DNA of 64,000 nt from Eledone cirrhosa (lineage: Eukaryota). The stretch's first letter is position 1; each line of letters starts with the position of its first letter. The notes beneath the pieces were generated by a model. The model was not told the origin of the DNA and made no database searches. It saw only the letters and a program-made list of their open reading frames with translations. The DNA lies in NCBI GenBank assembly GCA_964016885.1, contig OZ024743.1, forward strand, positions 268,150,001-268,214,000. Reading direction: 5' to 3'. The position numbers and the translations under genes are program-made. This document shows, one piece after another, positions 1 through 14,013 of the stretch.

Positions 1-10
1 AATTCCTTTG

Positions 11-39
<29 letters not shown>

Positions 40-43
<4 letters not shown>

Positions 44-168
44 AACATGTTTAACGACGGCAGAGCTCAAGATGTTTCGACATCTATTTCTGGACTACGT
101 ATTGAGTACTAAGTATTGCGTACTCTGGTGCGTTATGATCCGTCTGGTTCCTTACCACACCTCCTTCG

Positions 169-172
<4 letters not shown>
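40..172. mobile_element. Small (TA)n-flanked dispersed repeat, family B, with an internally inverted segment
   Basis: Positions 100-172 match 30695-30753 and 30945-31003 directly. Positions 40-97 are the reverse complement of the upstream part of those copies. Bounded by (TA)n on both sides. Confidence 0.7.
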
Positions 173-229
<57 letters not shown>

Positions 230-866
230 CATATGCGTGTTTGGGTGGGTTTGAGTGTGTCTGTGTTTGTGTATGTGTGTGTCTGTACTCTCATATATTA
301 GCCAATAGCTTGTAACATTATAAGTTATATGTATTTGCCAAAATTGTCATTTACATGAAACAAAATATGTTGCTAAAAATCATATAAAATGTGTAGCTTT
401 ATTCAGAAATTATTTAAAAATACGAAAAATATATACAATAAAATGTTTAAACGAAATATGTTTGTCATAAAACTGACCCCTTTAAAACTTAAAAACGAAA
501 AAAAATTATACATCATTAAAGGTGTATTTTTTGCAAAAAAATCTTTTAAAAGCTATTTTACTTATAAAACACAAATTATTTTAGAAACGTTTATTTTAAA
601 TAAAAACCTCATAAAAAGACAATTTTTTTTTTATAATTTAGAAACATATCTTTCATAAAGTTACATGTTCAATTCTTTTTTCTTCAGTTCTTTACATCTT
701 TTACAAATGTAAATTATATATCTGACAAATAATTACACCCTTTTAAAACTAGTAATAAATATATTTTAAATTATATTTCATACTGTATTTTTCCTTTTCC
801 GAGCGTACGGGATTTTTATATTTCAGTGATATGACACACACGCACACACACACACACACACATATA

Positions 867-927
<61 letters not shown>

Positions 928-1015
928 ATATAATTATATACATACATACATACATGCATCATGTATATGTATATACATATATATATACAAATTTATATTT
1001 ATATAAATATATATG

Positions 1016-1122
<107 letters not shown>

Positions 1123-1359
1123 CGGTTTTCCGAAGCCAAGGGGAAGAAAGTACAGTTAAATAAGGTACTTAAAGCTACATATTAATGTTTACAAATCTGT
1201 GTGTATGTATGTGTGTGTGTGTGTATACAAAGACAAGATTGTGTAGCAGATTAAGATGAAAGAAATTTCCCGAAGTAACAGATACATAAGAATGAAGATA
1301 AATTGTAAAATATACGCCGTGTTCGTTTCTTTATATTCTCAATACTGCCACGGCCTTCC

Positions 1360-1409
<50 letters not shown>

Positions 1410-1413
<4 letters not shown>

Positions 1414-1562
1414 TGTAATCTGAGTTTTTCGAATATTAATAATAACATTCGATTCGTTTGCAATTATGCAAACAAGCCTCAATTTTATAGCCATGTCAGT
1501 AGAATGAATCCTTCATTCTTGATCTTGTTATTATTGATATTTGAAAAACTCAGATTACATTT
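1410..1562. repeat. Inverted repeat (~37-bp arms) between (TA)n tracts
   Basis: aatgtaatctgagtttttcgaatattaataataaca versus tgttattattgatatttgaaaaactcagattacatt. Confidence 0.75.
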
Positions 1563-1597
1563 ATTGTATTCAGCCATGTAGAGCGAACATTTATATA

Positions 1598-1687
<90 letters not shown>

Positions 1688-1865
1688 TATATATATATTT
1701 ACCATATATATATGTATATATATATCTAGGAGTGTAACTTGGAGTTACTGTAGGTTCACCCGGGTGAACACTCGATGTTTAGGTACACTTCTGTCTGTGT
1801 CGAGGTGTAGAGCTATACACAGTGTATTATATTAAAAGGTCCGTCGAGCTGTGGATTATAGAGTC

Positions 1866-1935
1866 GGGTAAGATCGATACCGATCGAACCTTGAGCTGAT
1901 CAGTGGCGAAACGCGCGTCACTTACCAAATAAATG
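1866..1935 (+). ncRNA. Degenerate hammerhead / pLTR-like remnant
   Basis: ctgatca..gc-GAAACGCGCGTC-acttacc followed by aataaa. Palindromic stem III is present, and ggtaag upstream pairs with cttacc. The CUGANGA box and helix II are damaged. Confidence 0.35.
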
Positions 1936-1972
1936 TAATGAAGGAGTAACCAATCGTCCTTGTTATCTTTTT

Positions 1973-2048
<76 letters not shown>

Positions 2049-3603
2049 CACACACACACACATTATGTATCTATATATGTGTGTGTGTGTTCGTCTGTCT
2101 GTGCGTCTGTTTGTTTGCGATTGAGTATGAATATATCTATAAATGCTTTTGTATGTGTTCATGCCTGTATATGTGTGTATGTGTCTCTGTGTGTGCATTT
2201 GTATATGTTTATGCACATGTATGCGTATATATTCCTCTGCGCTTCTGTTCATGTGCCCCCGCGTGTGTGTATGTGAGCGTGCACGCCTGCCTGTTTATTC
2301 GTGTGTGTACATGTAATTTTCTATGTATATATGTATGTATTTCCGAGAGCGATGATGTGTATGTGTCAGCCATATGAAGTTATCTAAGATACCTCGAGGC
2401 GAATATGATGACAAAAATACTTTGATTTGAACAGTGGAACATCACATTTCTGGGAATCTGCCGTATAATTGCGCTGGAATTATTTGCACCGACAACAGAT
2501 TGATATTTTTTTATAAAAGTTCTTCGTTTGTGTTTATTAATATTTATTTCAATTAAATCATTACATTTGTTTCGTTGTTGTTTTTGTTGATATCGTTGTT
2601 CGTGTTGATATTGTCGTTGTTGTTAAATTTGTTGTTGGTGTTAATGTTGTTATTGTTGCTGCTGTTTTTGATGTTGTTTTCTTGTTGTTATTGTTGTTGC
2701 TGTTGTTAATATTGTCGTTGTTGTTGTTTTTGTTAATGTTCATGTAGTCGTTGTGGTTGTTGTTGCTGTTGTGTTTCCATTCAATGTCTCTTCCAGTGAA
2801 AGGGTATTTCATTTAATCCAGGATTTTCAAAAATTATTCACAGACACAAGTGATGTTTTGTATATTTTTATTGTTTTATTGGTTTCAGATATTTGCCTGC
2901 GGCCATGCTACAGAACTCCGTTTGAGAGTTTTAGTCAATTATATTGACTCCAGTATTTAGAATTGTATTGTTTCTTTATTCATCTTATGGCTGGTTTCAA
3001 CTAGGGGTTTTAAAGATATATGCCCGTCGAATTAGGCAAGTGCCGTGACATGGCTCCTCTATTTGCTCTATGTACACATACACAAAGGTCAACTTTGTCT
3101 TTCGAGGTTAATACAAAAATACAAATCTACTATTAGGGTCGATTCGTCCTCTGTATGTCTTTCTCATTTCCTTTCTTACATTTTTTTTTCTTTTCTGGAA
3201 GAAATCTGGTGAGTTTAAAGCTAGGGAGGAGATGGCCTGAGCCAGGCTTTAAATTCCCACGAAACAGAAGTTACGGGTCCATACATAGATATATATAATT
3301 TACTTTGTCTACACACAGAAAAATAGAAGTGAGGTACGAAAATTCCCAGGCTTGAACCGAATGAAAAATTTCGAAATATAGAAACTTGTACAGAAGACCC
3401 ATTCCTGCTGGTCATGTTAAAGCTTAACAAATTATTGTAGAAGATATGTATGAAGCCGTAACTCCCGAAAGAGTCGTTGGGGCACCATAGTGATATACGG
3501 CGTTTCTTGGGCTTTTTTTTATATACTGGTGAAACCCATCTCCTTTTCAGGTCTGAACACAGCCGATTTCTTCCAGAGAAAGAGAGAGAGAGAGAGAGAG
3601 AGG

Positions 3604-3708
<105 letters not shown>

Positions 3709-5233
3709 TGTGGGAAAGAGATAAAGAAGCGAAGATGAATCGACACCAGTACTAGATATTACTTTTTTATCAACCCAAACATGATGAGAAGCAAAGTTCA
3801 AAGGATTTGAACTGAGAGATCAGAAAGCCGAGATGAATATTCCAAGGCATTCACCGTTCTAATGACTTAGCCAATTTGCCAACCATTATTGTACAGGTTG
3901 AAATACATCTAAAAAATAACAAAAAAACAAACAATTCCGATGAAACCGCTACTAATATTATCAATATTACCATGCTATTAATTTGGAGGCTACAATTAAA
4001 ACTAGCTCTATGGACATTCACTCACACATATATATATACACACACCTGTTCATACATATGTGTATATAGTGCTAATTGAAAACATTTTTTTGAAAATGGC
4101 AACGTGCATAAAACAGGAAAACAGAATGATATGAAATAAATTATATAATGTAACTCTAGAAAAATGTAATGTTCTAGTAAAGTCAAAAAGTAGTTTGTTC
4201 TATGAGCTGCGTTCTTATGAATTGGCTAAGTTGAAATTTTTGCAGTAGCCCTGAAATCTCACCTGGAATAGGCCCTATGTAGAGAGGCAAAAAAAGTGAG
4301 AAGACAAGCAGATACTCATCCTTACACTAATACGTGGAGTCAAAGTTGGTCAGGTGGTTATGGGGGCGGGGGTGATAATAATGGATATAAATGAGGGTAG
4401 GGGTGATAATAATGGATATAAATGAGGGTAAAGAGAGCAAATATGGTTGTAGAAGATATCAAGAACACTATATGATATTGTAAGGAAAGAGAGAGAGAGA
4501 GAGATAGAGGGAGAGAGAGGGAGAGAGAGGGGGGGATAGAGAATAATAGAGAGTGAGAGAGAGAGAGAAATAAACAAGCGGATAGATAATACGATGTATG
4601 ATATAGTGAAGGAAAATAATAACAGAAGTTGTTTTTGTGGGGGGTATGACTTGGGATTGAGAATAAACCAGAAAATCATTACGAGGACAGTGATACAACA
4701 GAAAATGATAAGGTGTCGAAGAGAGAACAGTATTTGATAATGTGGTGGCGAGGGAAAACAAAATAGATTAATGTGCAGGGTATTTGATAATCTGGTTGTT
4801 GGAGAAAACAAAACATGATAATGAATATGGGAGAGAGAACGTACGGTATTTGATAATGTTGGGGCTGGTCAGAGAGAAAAGAGTTCATGGTATTGTGGAG
4901 TGGAGAACGAACGGGAGTGATAATGTTGGGTGAGAGAAAATACAACAGGATATTGTGTGGAGGCACGGGCTAAATAATAATATAGAGGGTGGGATACTTA
5001 GGAAGAGAATGAAAGGCAGAGAAACATATAGAAAGCGAAATAGTAAAATGAAAACCATAGTAGAGGAGTGAAGGTGAGAGCAAGGGATAGATAGAGAGAG
5101 AGAGGAGGAGGATGGAGAGAGAAAGAGAGAAAGAAAGAGATAGATGGAGAGAAATAAAGAGAGTTTGTGGGAGAAAATTGGATAGAGAGAATCTGTGTAA
5201 CGGAGAGAGAAATAGAGACATTGACATTGATGG

Positions 5234-5315
<82 letters not shown>

Positions 5316-5475
5316 AGTGAACGTGTGTGTGACAAAGACATTGATAGACATACTGAGTTAGAAGTATATAGAGAAATTTAGGAAGAGAAAAATAGGTACA
5401 AATAGCTTCTTTGTGATAGGGAGATTGGGACTCACAGAGAGATAAGGGCTTGTGCGCCTGTATTGGTATAAATAA

Positions 5476-5512
<37 letters not shown>

Positions 5513-5885
5513 ATATAGAGGGAGAGAGAGGGGGAGATAGAGAGAGAGATAGGGATGGAGAGAGAGGATACTATATAAATAGAGAAACGGAAAGAAAATT
5601 AGGTGGGCAGTGTTAGGAAGAGGAAGGTGTGTGTGTGTTAAAACGGAATGATGAAAGGGAGAGGGAGAGAGATAGAAAGGGTGAGAGAGAGGTAAATATA
5701 TAGAAAGAGAAATGGAAACATAGTATTGGAGATAGGAGGGTATGGATGTTATGAAGCCAGAAGCAGAGAGAGAGAGTGTGTGTGTGTGTGTGTGATAGAG
5801 AGAACGGGGGGGGGGTATATAGAAAGAGAAATGGGAATAGAGTTAGAGGAGCGGAGCCTTGAAGATAGGAGTTACAATGCCAGAG

Positions 5886-6001
<116 letters not shown>

Positions 6002-6125
6002 TTAATAGGAGATGTACAGACAAAAGAAGTGTGACAATTGTATTGATATTTAAATGGTGTGCAAGGTTTCAAATGTGACTTCAAGCCAATTTCATTCCTT
6101 TTGGCATTGTGAATGAATCAATAGA

Positions 6126-6660
6126 ATGTGTATAGTATTGGTGGTGTTGATGGTAATGTTGGTGATTGTAGTAGGGGTGGTGATGACGGTGGTTGTAGGG
6201 GCTGATGTTGGTAGTGAGAAGTTGTGTTATGGTAGTGGTGGTGATGGCGATCTTAATACTGGCGGTGGTCCTGTTGGTGGTGGTAATGGTGTTGATGTGA
6301 TGATGGTGGTAGTGGTGTTAGTGGTGGTGGCAGCAGCGGTGGATGTGAAATTGGTGTAGATATCGGTTGTACTGTTGATTGTAGGTACAATGTTGTTAGC
6401 GGTATTATTGTTAGTGTTTGTGATTGTGGTTTTGGTGGTAGTGGTAGTATTGACGATTGTGCAAACGGTGGAGATGTCAGAGATTGTGGTGATAGTACTG
6501 AGGGTGGAGGTGTTGGTGATGATGGTGATAGTGTTCATGTTGGAATACGGGGCGTTGGTATTGATGTTTCTGATAGTGTTTAGGTAGATGCAGTGGTAGT
6601 ACTGGTTTTGATGTTGGTGGTAGAGTTAATGGTTGTTGTTGGGGTTGTGGTATCAGTAAT
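6126..6660. repeat. GGT/GTT/GAT trinucleotide-derived low-complexity tract
   Basis: Degenerate triplet repeats; its ORFs are Val- or Thr-rich translation by-products. Confidence 0.7.
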
Positions 6661-6958
6661 AACGCAAAGAGTGGCGGACTGGCCAGGTCGTCAGCTTGCC
6701 TGATGGTAAGTAGCCCCTCGTGGTAGTACTTTAATCAATAAAAAACGTTGATTTCAAAGAAGAAAATTTCAGAAGTCCCAGAGAAAGAGTAAAAAGCTAA
6801 GAAGAAAAAAATACAACTATTAAGCATACTATGGTCGACTTTCACATGAAATATATATATAATGGATCTCTTATAAAGGTCAGCCCTAGTATGCTTAATA
6901 GTTGTATTTGTTTAGTTTTTGTTTTTTTTCTTAATTTTTTTCTTCTTTCTCTAGGACT

Positions 6959-7028
<70 letters not shown>

Positions 7029-7080
7029 ATGTACAAGGCCGAATTTTCGGCTTTTCAAACGACGAGATTATATATAATTA

Positions 7081-7640
7081 TCTATATATATAAAACTGAG
7101 GATGTCTGTCTGTCTGTGTGTGTCTATGTCTGTGTGTGTCTATGTCTGTGTGTGTGTGTCTGTGGGTTTGAATTCCTAAATCTCGAGAAGTACCCAACCG
7201 ATTTTGTTCAAACTTTACATGTGTATTACTTATGTTTCAGTGAGTGTTATGCAATTCAATTTGTTTATCCCCTAGGGCCCGCATTATGTGAAAAACTGCG
7301 TGTTTTCAGCTTTTTAGGGGTTCTTTGAGGCGTTACGTCAGACCGATGTCCTTGAAATTTTAACTATGTATTAGTCAGTCTCTTCTTCATACCGTGAGCA
7401 AAGAAAGTCCAACTTTTTTTATGGCCTAGAGCCCGCATTAGGTGAAAAACTTCATTTTTTTCAGCTTTTTAGGGCTTTTTTGAGGCGTTGCGTCTAGCCA
7501 ATTTTCCCTAAATTTCAAGGCATATTATGCACATAAACAAATTCATTTTCTTCATCATCCTAGGTGAAAACCTGCATTTTTCCTGCTTCATCAAGGAAAA
7601 TCTTAAAGATTATCTAGCCATCATAGTATTCGGCTTATTT
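7081..7640 (+). mobile_element. Non-autonomous Helitron-like element, 5' part (3' end not located)
   Basis: Starts A|TCTATATATATAAAA then a GTCT microsatellite. The first ~200 bp are homologous to the element at 33544-34069. Internal ~155-bp degenerate duplication (ctagggcccgcatta...). Confidence 0.65.
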
Positions 7641-7653
7641 TCTATATATATAC

Positions 7654-7691
<38 letters not shown>

Positions 7692-8369
7692 AGTTATTTG
7701 TACTAATAAACGTAATTAAATAAATTAAAGTAAATATTAGTCTTTAATAATTGATAAAATAACCGAACCCCATATCGAACGATTTAAAACATTTAAGCAA
7801 AACTATACGCAAGTGTAAAGTAGGTAAGACCATAAAGATACAAAAATTTAATTTTTATAATATAACTTTCAAAAATGTTTAAATATTCTAACAGTCTCGT
7901 CGGCTGTGTGGTACAATTGTTGGTTACATAATTGTACAACTTATTTTCAATGACACAGAAAAAGAAGAAATTAACTTCTCGTTTTGCTTGAAGTTAGAAT
8001 GTAAAAGAAGGCGTCGCTTTTCTAAAGCCACGCTCTACTCGGTCACTATAGCGGTGTGTCTTGGCTATAGCGTCCATCGGCTCGCAAGCCCTAACTTTGT
8101 GTGTCCAGCTATACCTTCCATTGGCTATAACAGTCATCATCATCATCATTTATGTACGCACACATAACCCTTCCCCCCATATATATATGTGTGTGCGTGT
8201 GTGTATATATAATAAAATGTTATAGTTTGCTTGAAGCATTGTATGTAATATATAACGTTGAAAGATAGAAGGCTAAACAATGCAAAATGAACAGTAAGAT
8301 GAGGTAATGAAAAGTAAAAGTTACCTGGTAATCTTTGTTTTCTTTTGCTGTTGTTGATCTTTATTCTGT

Positions 8370-8405
8370 CCAATATTTCGGGGCCTAAAAGTCCATTTAT
8401 CAGGG
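8370..8405 (-). ncRNA. Degenerate minimal type I hammerhead motif
   Basis: Minus strand: cc-CTGATAA-atggacttttaggcccc-GAAA-TA-TT-gg, then aataaa. Palindromic AATATT stem III. One core substitution (G8 to A). Confidence 0.45.
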
Positions 8406-8499
8406 TTTAAGGAACCTTCAGTTGATAACGTTCCAATTATCTCTTTTGGGGATAAAATTTTGATTTTGATTTAAATTTTTTCTAAGTTGGGTTCAAGTG

Positions 8500-8599
<100 letters not shown>

Positions 8600-8615
8600 G
8601 TGTGTGTGTGTGTGT

Positions 8616-8780
8616 GTAAAAGGTAAACAGAAATAACAACACAATCGGTACAGTATATGGAAGGAATATATTAGGTTAACGCTTGAAATAGCAGGAAGAG
8701 GGTATTAACGTTTCGGACGCTAGTCCTTCGTCAGAAGAAAGAAGGAGAAATAAAATAAATAGAATGGACGGGTGGGTTGT
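8616..8780 (-). mobile_element. Small hammerhead-bearing repeat, family A
   Basis: Homologous to 10324-10550, 10561-10683 and 25813-26036; ends at a TA/TG microsatellite. Confidence 0.75.
8703..8738 (-). ncRNA. Minimal type I hammerhead ribozyme motif (family A)
   Basis: Minus strand: tctt-CTGACGA-a-GGAC-tagc-GTCC-GAAA-CG-TT-aata. Intact core, 4-bp helix II, palindromic AACGTT stem III. Helix I is tctt/aaga in sister copies and has one mismatch here. Confidence 0.7.
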
Positions 8781-9862
8781 GGATGTGGATGTTTCACAAG
8801 ATCTGTCTTATTGGAGAAAGCTACAAATATTTAATATATTCTATAATCCGCCTTTTTATTTTACAAATCTACGGTCAATTTCATGCACAGAAATGGAGAG
8901 GGATTTTCAAAAATTGTAGTTATTCGATATAAAAATTAAATAATAGTATTGTAGTTGTGTGTGGGTCACTTCGTCTCTTCCTGGCAAACGATATTTTTAG
9001 ACCAGTCCGCCAATGGCCGGAAGTATTATGGCGATGTTAGTGGTAGTAGATGTTATGGGGTTCATAATGAGATTACTTGAAGGTTATAGTGTAATGGTTA
9101 CTGTAGTTAAATTGGTGATATTTGTGAAGTTGGTAGCAGTGAGGGCAGTTGTTATAGACATGGATTGAAGACATGATGGCGGGAGGATAGATAATAGATT
9201 GGATGATAGATGGATAGTTAGATAGATAGAAAGATAGATAGATAGAGAGAGGGATGGGGGAGGGAGGGGGAGAGAGACAGACAAACAGATAGACAGACTG
9301 ACAGACAGACAACAGACAAACAGCCAATGAATCTGTGACAGAATTTAGCAGATAATTAAACAAACACAAGAGATAAAATCAAAATGTCTCCCGTAAACAT
9401 AAGTATGTACACAACCTCGTGAAATCGTATTTAATTCAATACTCGATAAATCAGCTGAACATACTCAATTTGGAAGATCAGGTGTAAATATGAGAGCTGT
9501 AATTACGTTAAATATTTGTTCAAATACAGCTGTGATGTTCAGTGGCCTCACTCTCTTTATAAAACAATACAAGTTGACCATACTTACTTCACAGTTGAGG
9601 ATAATTTTATGATATTTCATTCAAGTGGCTGAATTTCTGCATACACACCTCCTCATATACACACACATGTACATACACACACACAAATACATACACATAC
9701 TCACGCACATACACGCACACATATATTCATTTACAGATTCTATCATAAATACACTTACATACAAACATGCATACGAAAATATTGTCATATATACATATAC
9801 ACTTACATATACATATTACATACATAAATATCTACATATATGGTATCGACCTCCGTGGCTTG

Positions 9863-10150
9863 AGACGATGAATCTTCCAGTTGTTTAATCAACGGAACAA
9901 CCTGATCGTGGAATTAACGTATTAATGGATGAGCGTCCATCAAATAATCTTCAGGGACCTTCAGTGCGTGACAGGGCTGATACTTTGAATTACATATAGA
10001 GTCCATCAAAGGACTTCCAAAAAGTGTCCAATTTTTGCTTCAGTCAATTCCAGGCTATAGCAAATTACATTCTCCAAGATTCCACATAGTGGGATTGAAC
10101 CTAGAAACTCATGATTTCACAGCTAACCTCTTAAATATTTGAACACACTG
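9863..10150 (-). mobile_element. Diverged tRNA-headed SINE-like repeat, family 2
   Basis: Shares gacgatga..atcaacggaacaacctg.tcgt with 58066-58130; box B-like ggttcaatccc on the minus strand at ~10090-10101. Confidence 0.55.
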
Positions 10151-10247
10151 CGCCCGAATGTAGGTACGGACGTACATACATGCATACATACATAAATGCT
10201 TGCATACATTCATACATACATAAATACATACCTATATAAATACACAC

Positions 10248-10320
<73 letters not shown>

Positions 10321-10323
10321 AGA

Positions 10324-10683
10324 AATGTCAACATGAATGGACCTGTTATTTTTATCTAAAGCCATTTTTTCCAATTCGAACCCACCCGTCCCTGAAATCT
10401 ATCTTATTTCTCATTCTTTCTTCTGGTGAAGTACGAGCGTCCGAAATGTTAAGACACACTTCCTGCCATTTCAAACGTTAACCTAATATATACCTTCCAT
10501 ATACTGTACCGATTGTGTTGTTATTTCTGTTTACCTTTTTACCTTTTACATATATATACATGTAAAAGGTAAACAGAAATAACAACACAATCGGTACACT
10601 ATATGGAAGGTATATATTAGGTTAACGCTTGATATAGCAGGAAGAGGGTCTTAACGTTTCGGACGCTAGTACTTCACCAGAAG
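10324..10683. mobile_element. Two family A copies in tail-to-tail inverted orientation around a short (TA)n
   Basis: 10420-10550 is the reverse complement of 10561-10683. Both carry a mutated hammerhead core (ctggtgaagtac..gtccgaaa.gttaaga). Confidence 0.75.
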
Positions 10684-10745
10684 GTTCTAGGTTCAATCCC
10701 ACTATGTTGCATCTTGGAGAAAATATATATATATATATATATATA

Positions 10746-10943
10746 TATTGAAATGTACAGTTCACAGAGACAGAATAAGAATTCAGAACGCAAAGAGCGG
10801 GAACACATACCGCAAGTTATTTGGTTTGTATGTGTGTCTGTGTGTACAACTATATATAGGTATACAAATGCTTCATTGGTGTTTATGCGTATAACTATGT
10901 ATGTATACGTATATATATATATATGTAATTAAATATGTATATG

Positions 10944-10987
<44 letters not shown>

Positions 10988-11175
10988 CATATTTAATTAC
11001 ATATATATATATGTATACATACATAGTTTTACGCATAAACACCAATGAAGCATTGTATACCTATATATAGTTGTATACACAGACACACATACAAACCAAA
11101 TAACTTGCGGTATGTGTTCCCGCTCTTTGCGTTCTGAATTTTTATTCTGTCACTGTGAACTGTACATTTCAATAT
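10746..11175. repeat. ~430-bp imperfect palindrome centred on (TA)n
   Basis: attgaaatgtacagttcacag...ccgcaagttatttgg on the left arm is mirrored by ccaaataacttgcgg...ctgtgaactgtacatttcaat on the right; a few substitutions between arms. Confidence 0.9.
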
Positions 11176-12084
11176 CAATATTTTGCGTTAAGTACAAATA
11201 ACACACCAATTGTGGTTGATACCCTGACAGATTGGTTAAAGTGCGTTGTTTGTTACATGTCTTTGGAGTCTTGGTTCAAATTACGATCTTTCGTGCTTGA
11301 ACAATAAATGTAATCTGTCGCGTGATGTAACACAACCCCCTGGATTTTGTAAGCATTCGAACCAATTCTTTAGCTACTATTACTTTAACTCTGTTCTTTC
11401 GTATCTTAGTTCAAATAGAATTTCATTGCTATTTGAATTATAGATACGATCCATTTTTTCAACTGATTGGACAGTAAATACATGAATTAAAATGTATTGC
11501 TCAACAAGAAAACGCACCACCGGAAATCGAGTACATACTCTAACAATCGTACGGCGAGCACCTTAACCATTAAGCCACATGCCTTCACAGATAAATATAT
11601 AGACGCACGTTCTCTACATCCAGCATTGTCAGCAATACACAGACTAATAAAGAATTGTCCAGTCTCCCCGAAAAATTGGTTGAGAGGTTGGTACCATGAA
11701 ATTTCCCTGTTTAAAGAACCTTTCATCTGCCAATGGCTTCTGTGTAGGGATCTCCCTCTACCGTTCTTAAGCAAAACAAAAATTTGGTCCTCTGGTATCT
11801 CGAAGGTTGCCGGTCCCTCACAGTCCTTTACCAGTCGGCTAATGTATTTATACGCCAATCCTTGCACCCTGTACAGGTTTATTAGTAGGACAAATTTAAT
11901 AAGTTTCTTCAGAAAACTTCGAGCCTCGACGACGTGCAACAGAAGAACATACATCAGACGAAAGTTCTGTACTGGCAGTTCTACCACGCAGGGATAGAGG
12001 CTTTGCATGTTTGAGATAAATCCTACTTGGAAGGGAGAACCGTAAGATGATTGCATGCGAGATGTGTACTAGGGATCAATACAG

Positions 12085-12115
12085 CAGGAATAGTAGTAGT
12101 AATAGTAGTAGTAGC

Positions 12116-12166
<51 letters not shown>

Positions 12167-12186
12167 GGTGGTGGTGGTGGTGGTGC

Positions 12187-12238
<52 letters not shown>

Positions 12239-12340
12239 TATTGTTGTTGTAGAAGTAGTAGTAGTAGTAGTAGTGGCAGCATCAGCAGCAGTAGTAGTAG
12301 TAGCAGCAGCAACAGTAGTAGTAGTAGCAGCAGCAACAGC

Positions 12341-12389
<49 letters not shown>

Positions 12390-12412
12390 ATTGTAGTAGA
12401 AGTAGTAGTAGT
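12085..12412. repeat. (TAG)n/(GGT)n/(CAG)n compound microsatellite
   Basis: Direct reading. Confidence 0.95.
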
Positions 12413-12684
12413 ATGTCATAATTATTAGATATATATTTTATGTTGTATACATAAGATATTTTTTTTTTAAATAAAAATAATTCTTTGCGTATCAACTCTG
12501 AAAAATGTCTTTCTGGGTTTTAGATAAGTTTGGAGAGAGGATGGGAATGTACGAATCAATTTACGAATGCCGGGATCAAATCGGGCTACACTATTTAACA
12601 ATACTACAATCAGTGGCTTGCTAAATAACCTAGATTAAATGAATAACTAGATAAATAAAAACGCACACACACATACACACACAC

Positions 12685-12831
<147 letters not shown>

Positions 12832-13439
12832 TAATCCAAATAAATAATGCATGAAAAGGTCATGAAAAAGAAATAGATGTTCATTCCTTTTCGATACAAC
12901 GAGTAACTAGATGAGAAAATTTAAAAAAAACGTACAAATAATATTAAATATGTAAAGGAGAATGTAATAAAATGAAGGAAGAATGCAAAGCAAGCAACAC
13001 TCAGCATGATTCATTGAAAATTTGTTGTCGAAGAAGTGGTTCATTAGACTTATTTGTGGTTGTCAGATGATCTTTGAACAGTTAAAATATATTTATAGCC
13101 CGATCAATACTGTATCGCTTTGTCTACGGAAAAACGAATAAGATAAACAGCTACAGACGAAATTGGTTAAGTATCTTTATAAAAGAAAGATAAAGTCTAT
13201 GTAATTAAATGCTAATACATATGAAGGCTGCTTTCTAAGAACACAGAACACTTCCGTGATTCCCGTACGAAATTTTTAGAACGAACTTCGGATTCTTGCA
13301 GATATTCGTTAGCCTTTGCATTGATATAAGAGGCCAATGGAGGTGTAAGTCGTGAGCTCGTCTTGCATACATCCCTACTGGTACTTGTCTATAAAGTTAT
13401 ATATATATATTATATTATATACCATACACACACACACAT

Positions 13440-13499
<60 letters not shown>

Positions 13500-13947
13500 T
13501 GTGTGTGTGTGTGTGTCTGTGTGTGTGTGTGTGCGTTTATGCGTGTGCATGTATGTATGTAGTTAGTGAGAGAAAAAAAGCGAGAGAGTGGAGAATGTGC
13601 AGAGAAAGTTATTGATAGTTTGAAAATGCGATAACAGTCAATAGGACGGTACGTTCAGCTTTAACAATTAACTTCCTATTATCTCCACATATCTCCCCAT
13701 CTCCTACAGTACTGATTCAAGTAATCTCACCGTCACCTACTTTCCCACCTACCTATTTCTTCCTTTCTCTTTCTCTCTCTCTGAGTATCTCACCCCACCT
13801 ATCTCTATCTTTCATTAATCATCTCTCTACAAGATGTCACATCTGTGGTACATCCCATTCAAGGTTATATATTACTACTCTATCAATAATTGTTTCTTAT
13901 TTCTAACCATACCTCGCTAATCTCATCTACCATCAATTAGAGTTTTG

Positions 13948-14012
<65 letters not shown>

Positions 14013-14013
14013 A

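Noticed and set aside
2830-3560. Possible short host exons after polypyrimidine-AG sites
   Set aside because: The frames contain stops and no recognisable product; unsupported without transcripts.
6686-6712. Isolated CUGANGA-like words (also ~23556, ~34045, ~35400, ~35821, ~61280)
   Set aside because: No correctly placed GAAA or pairing helices.
11487-12056. 189-aa minus ORF and overlapping 166-aa plus ORF in non-repetitive sequence
   Set aside because: No recognisable motif or clear splice structure; a homology search would be needed.
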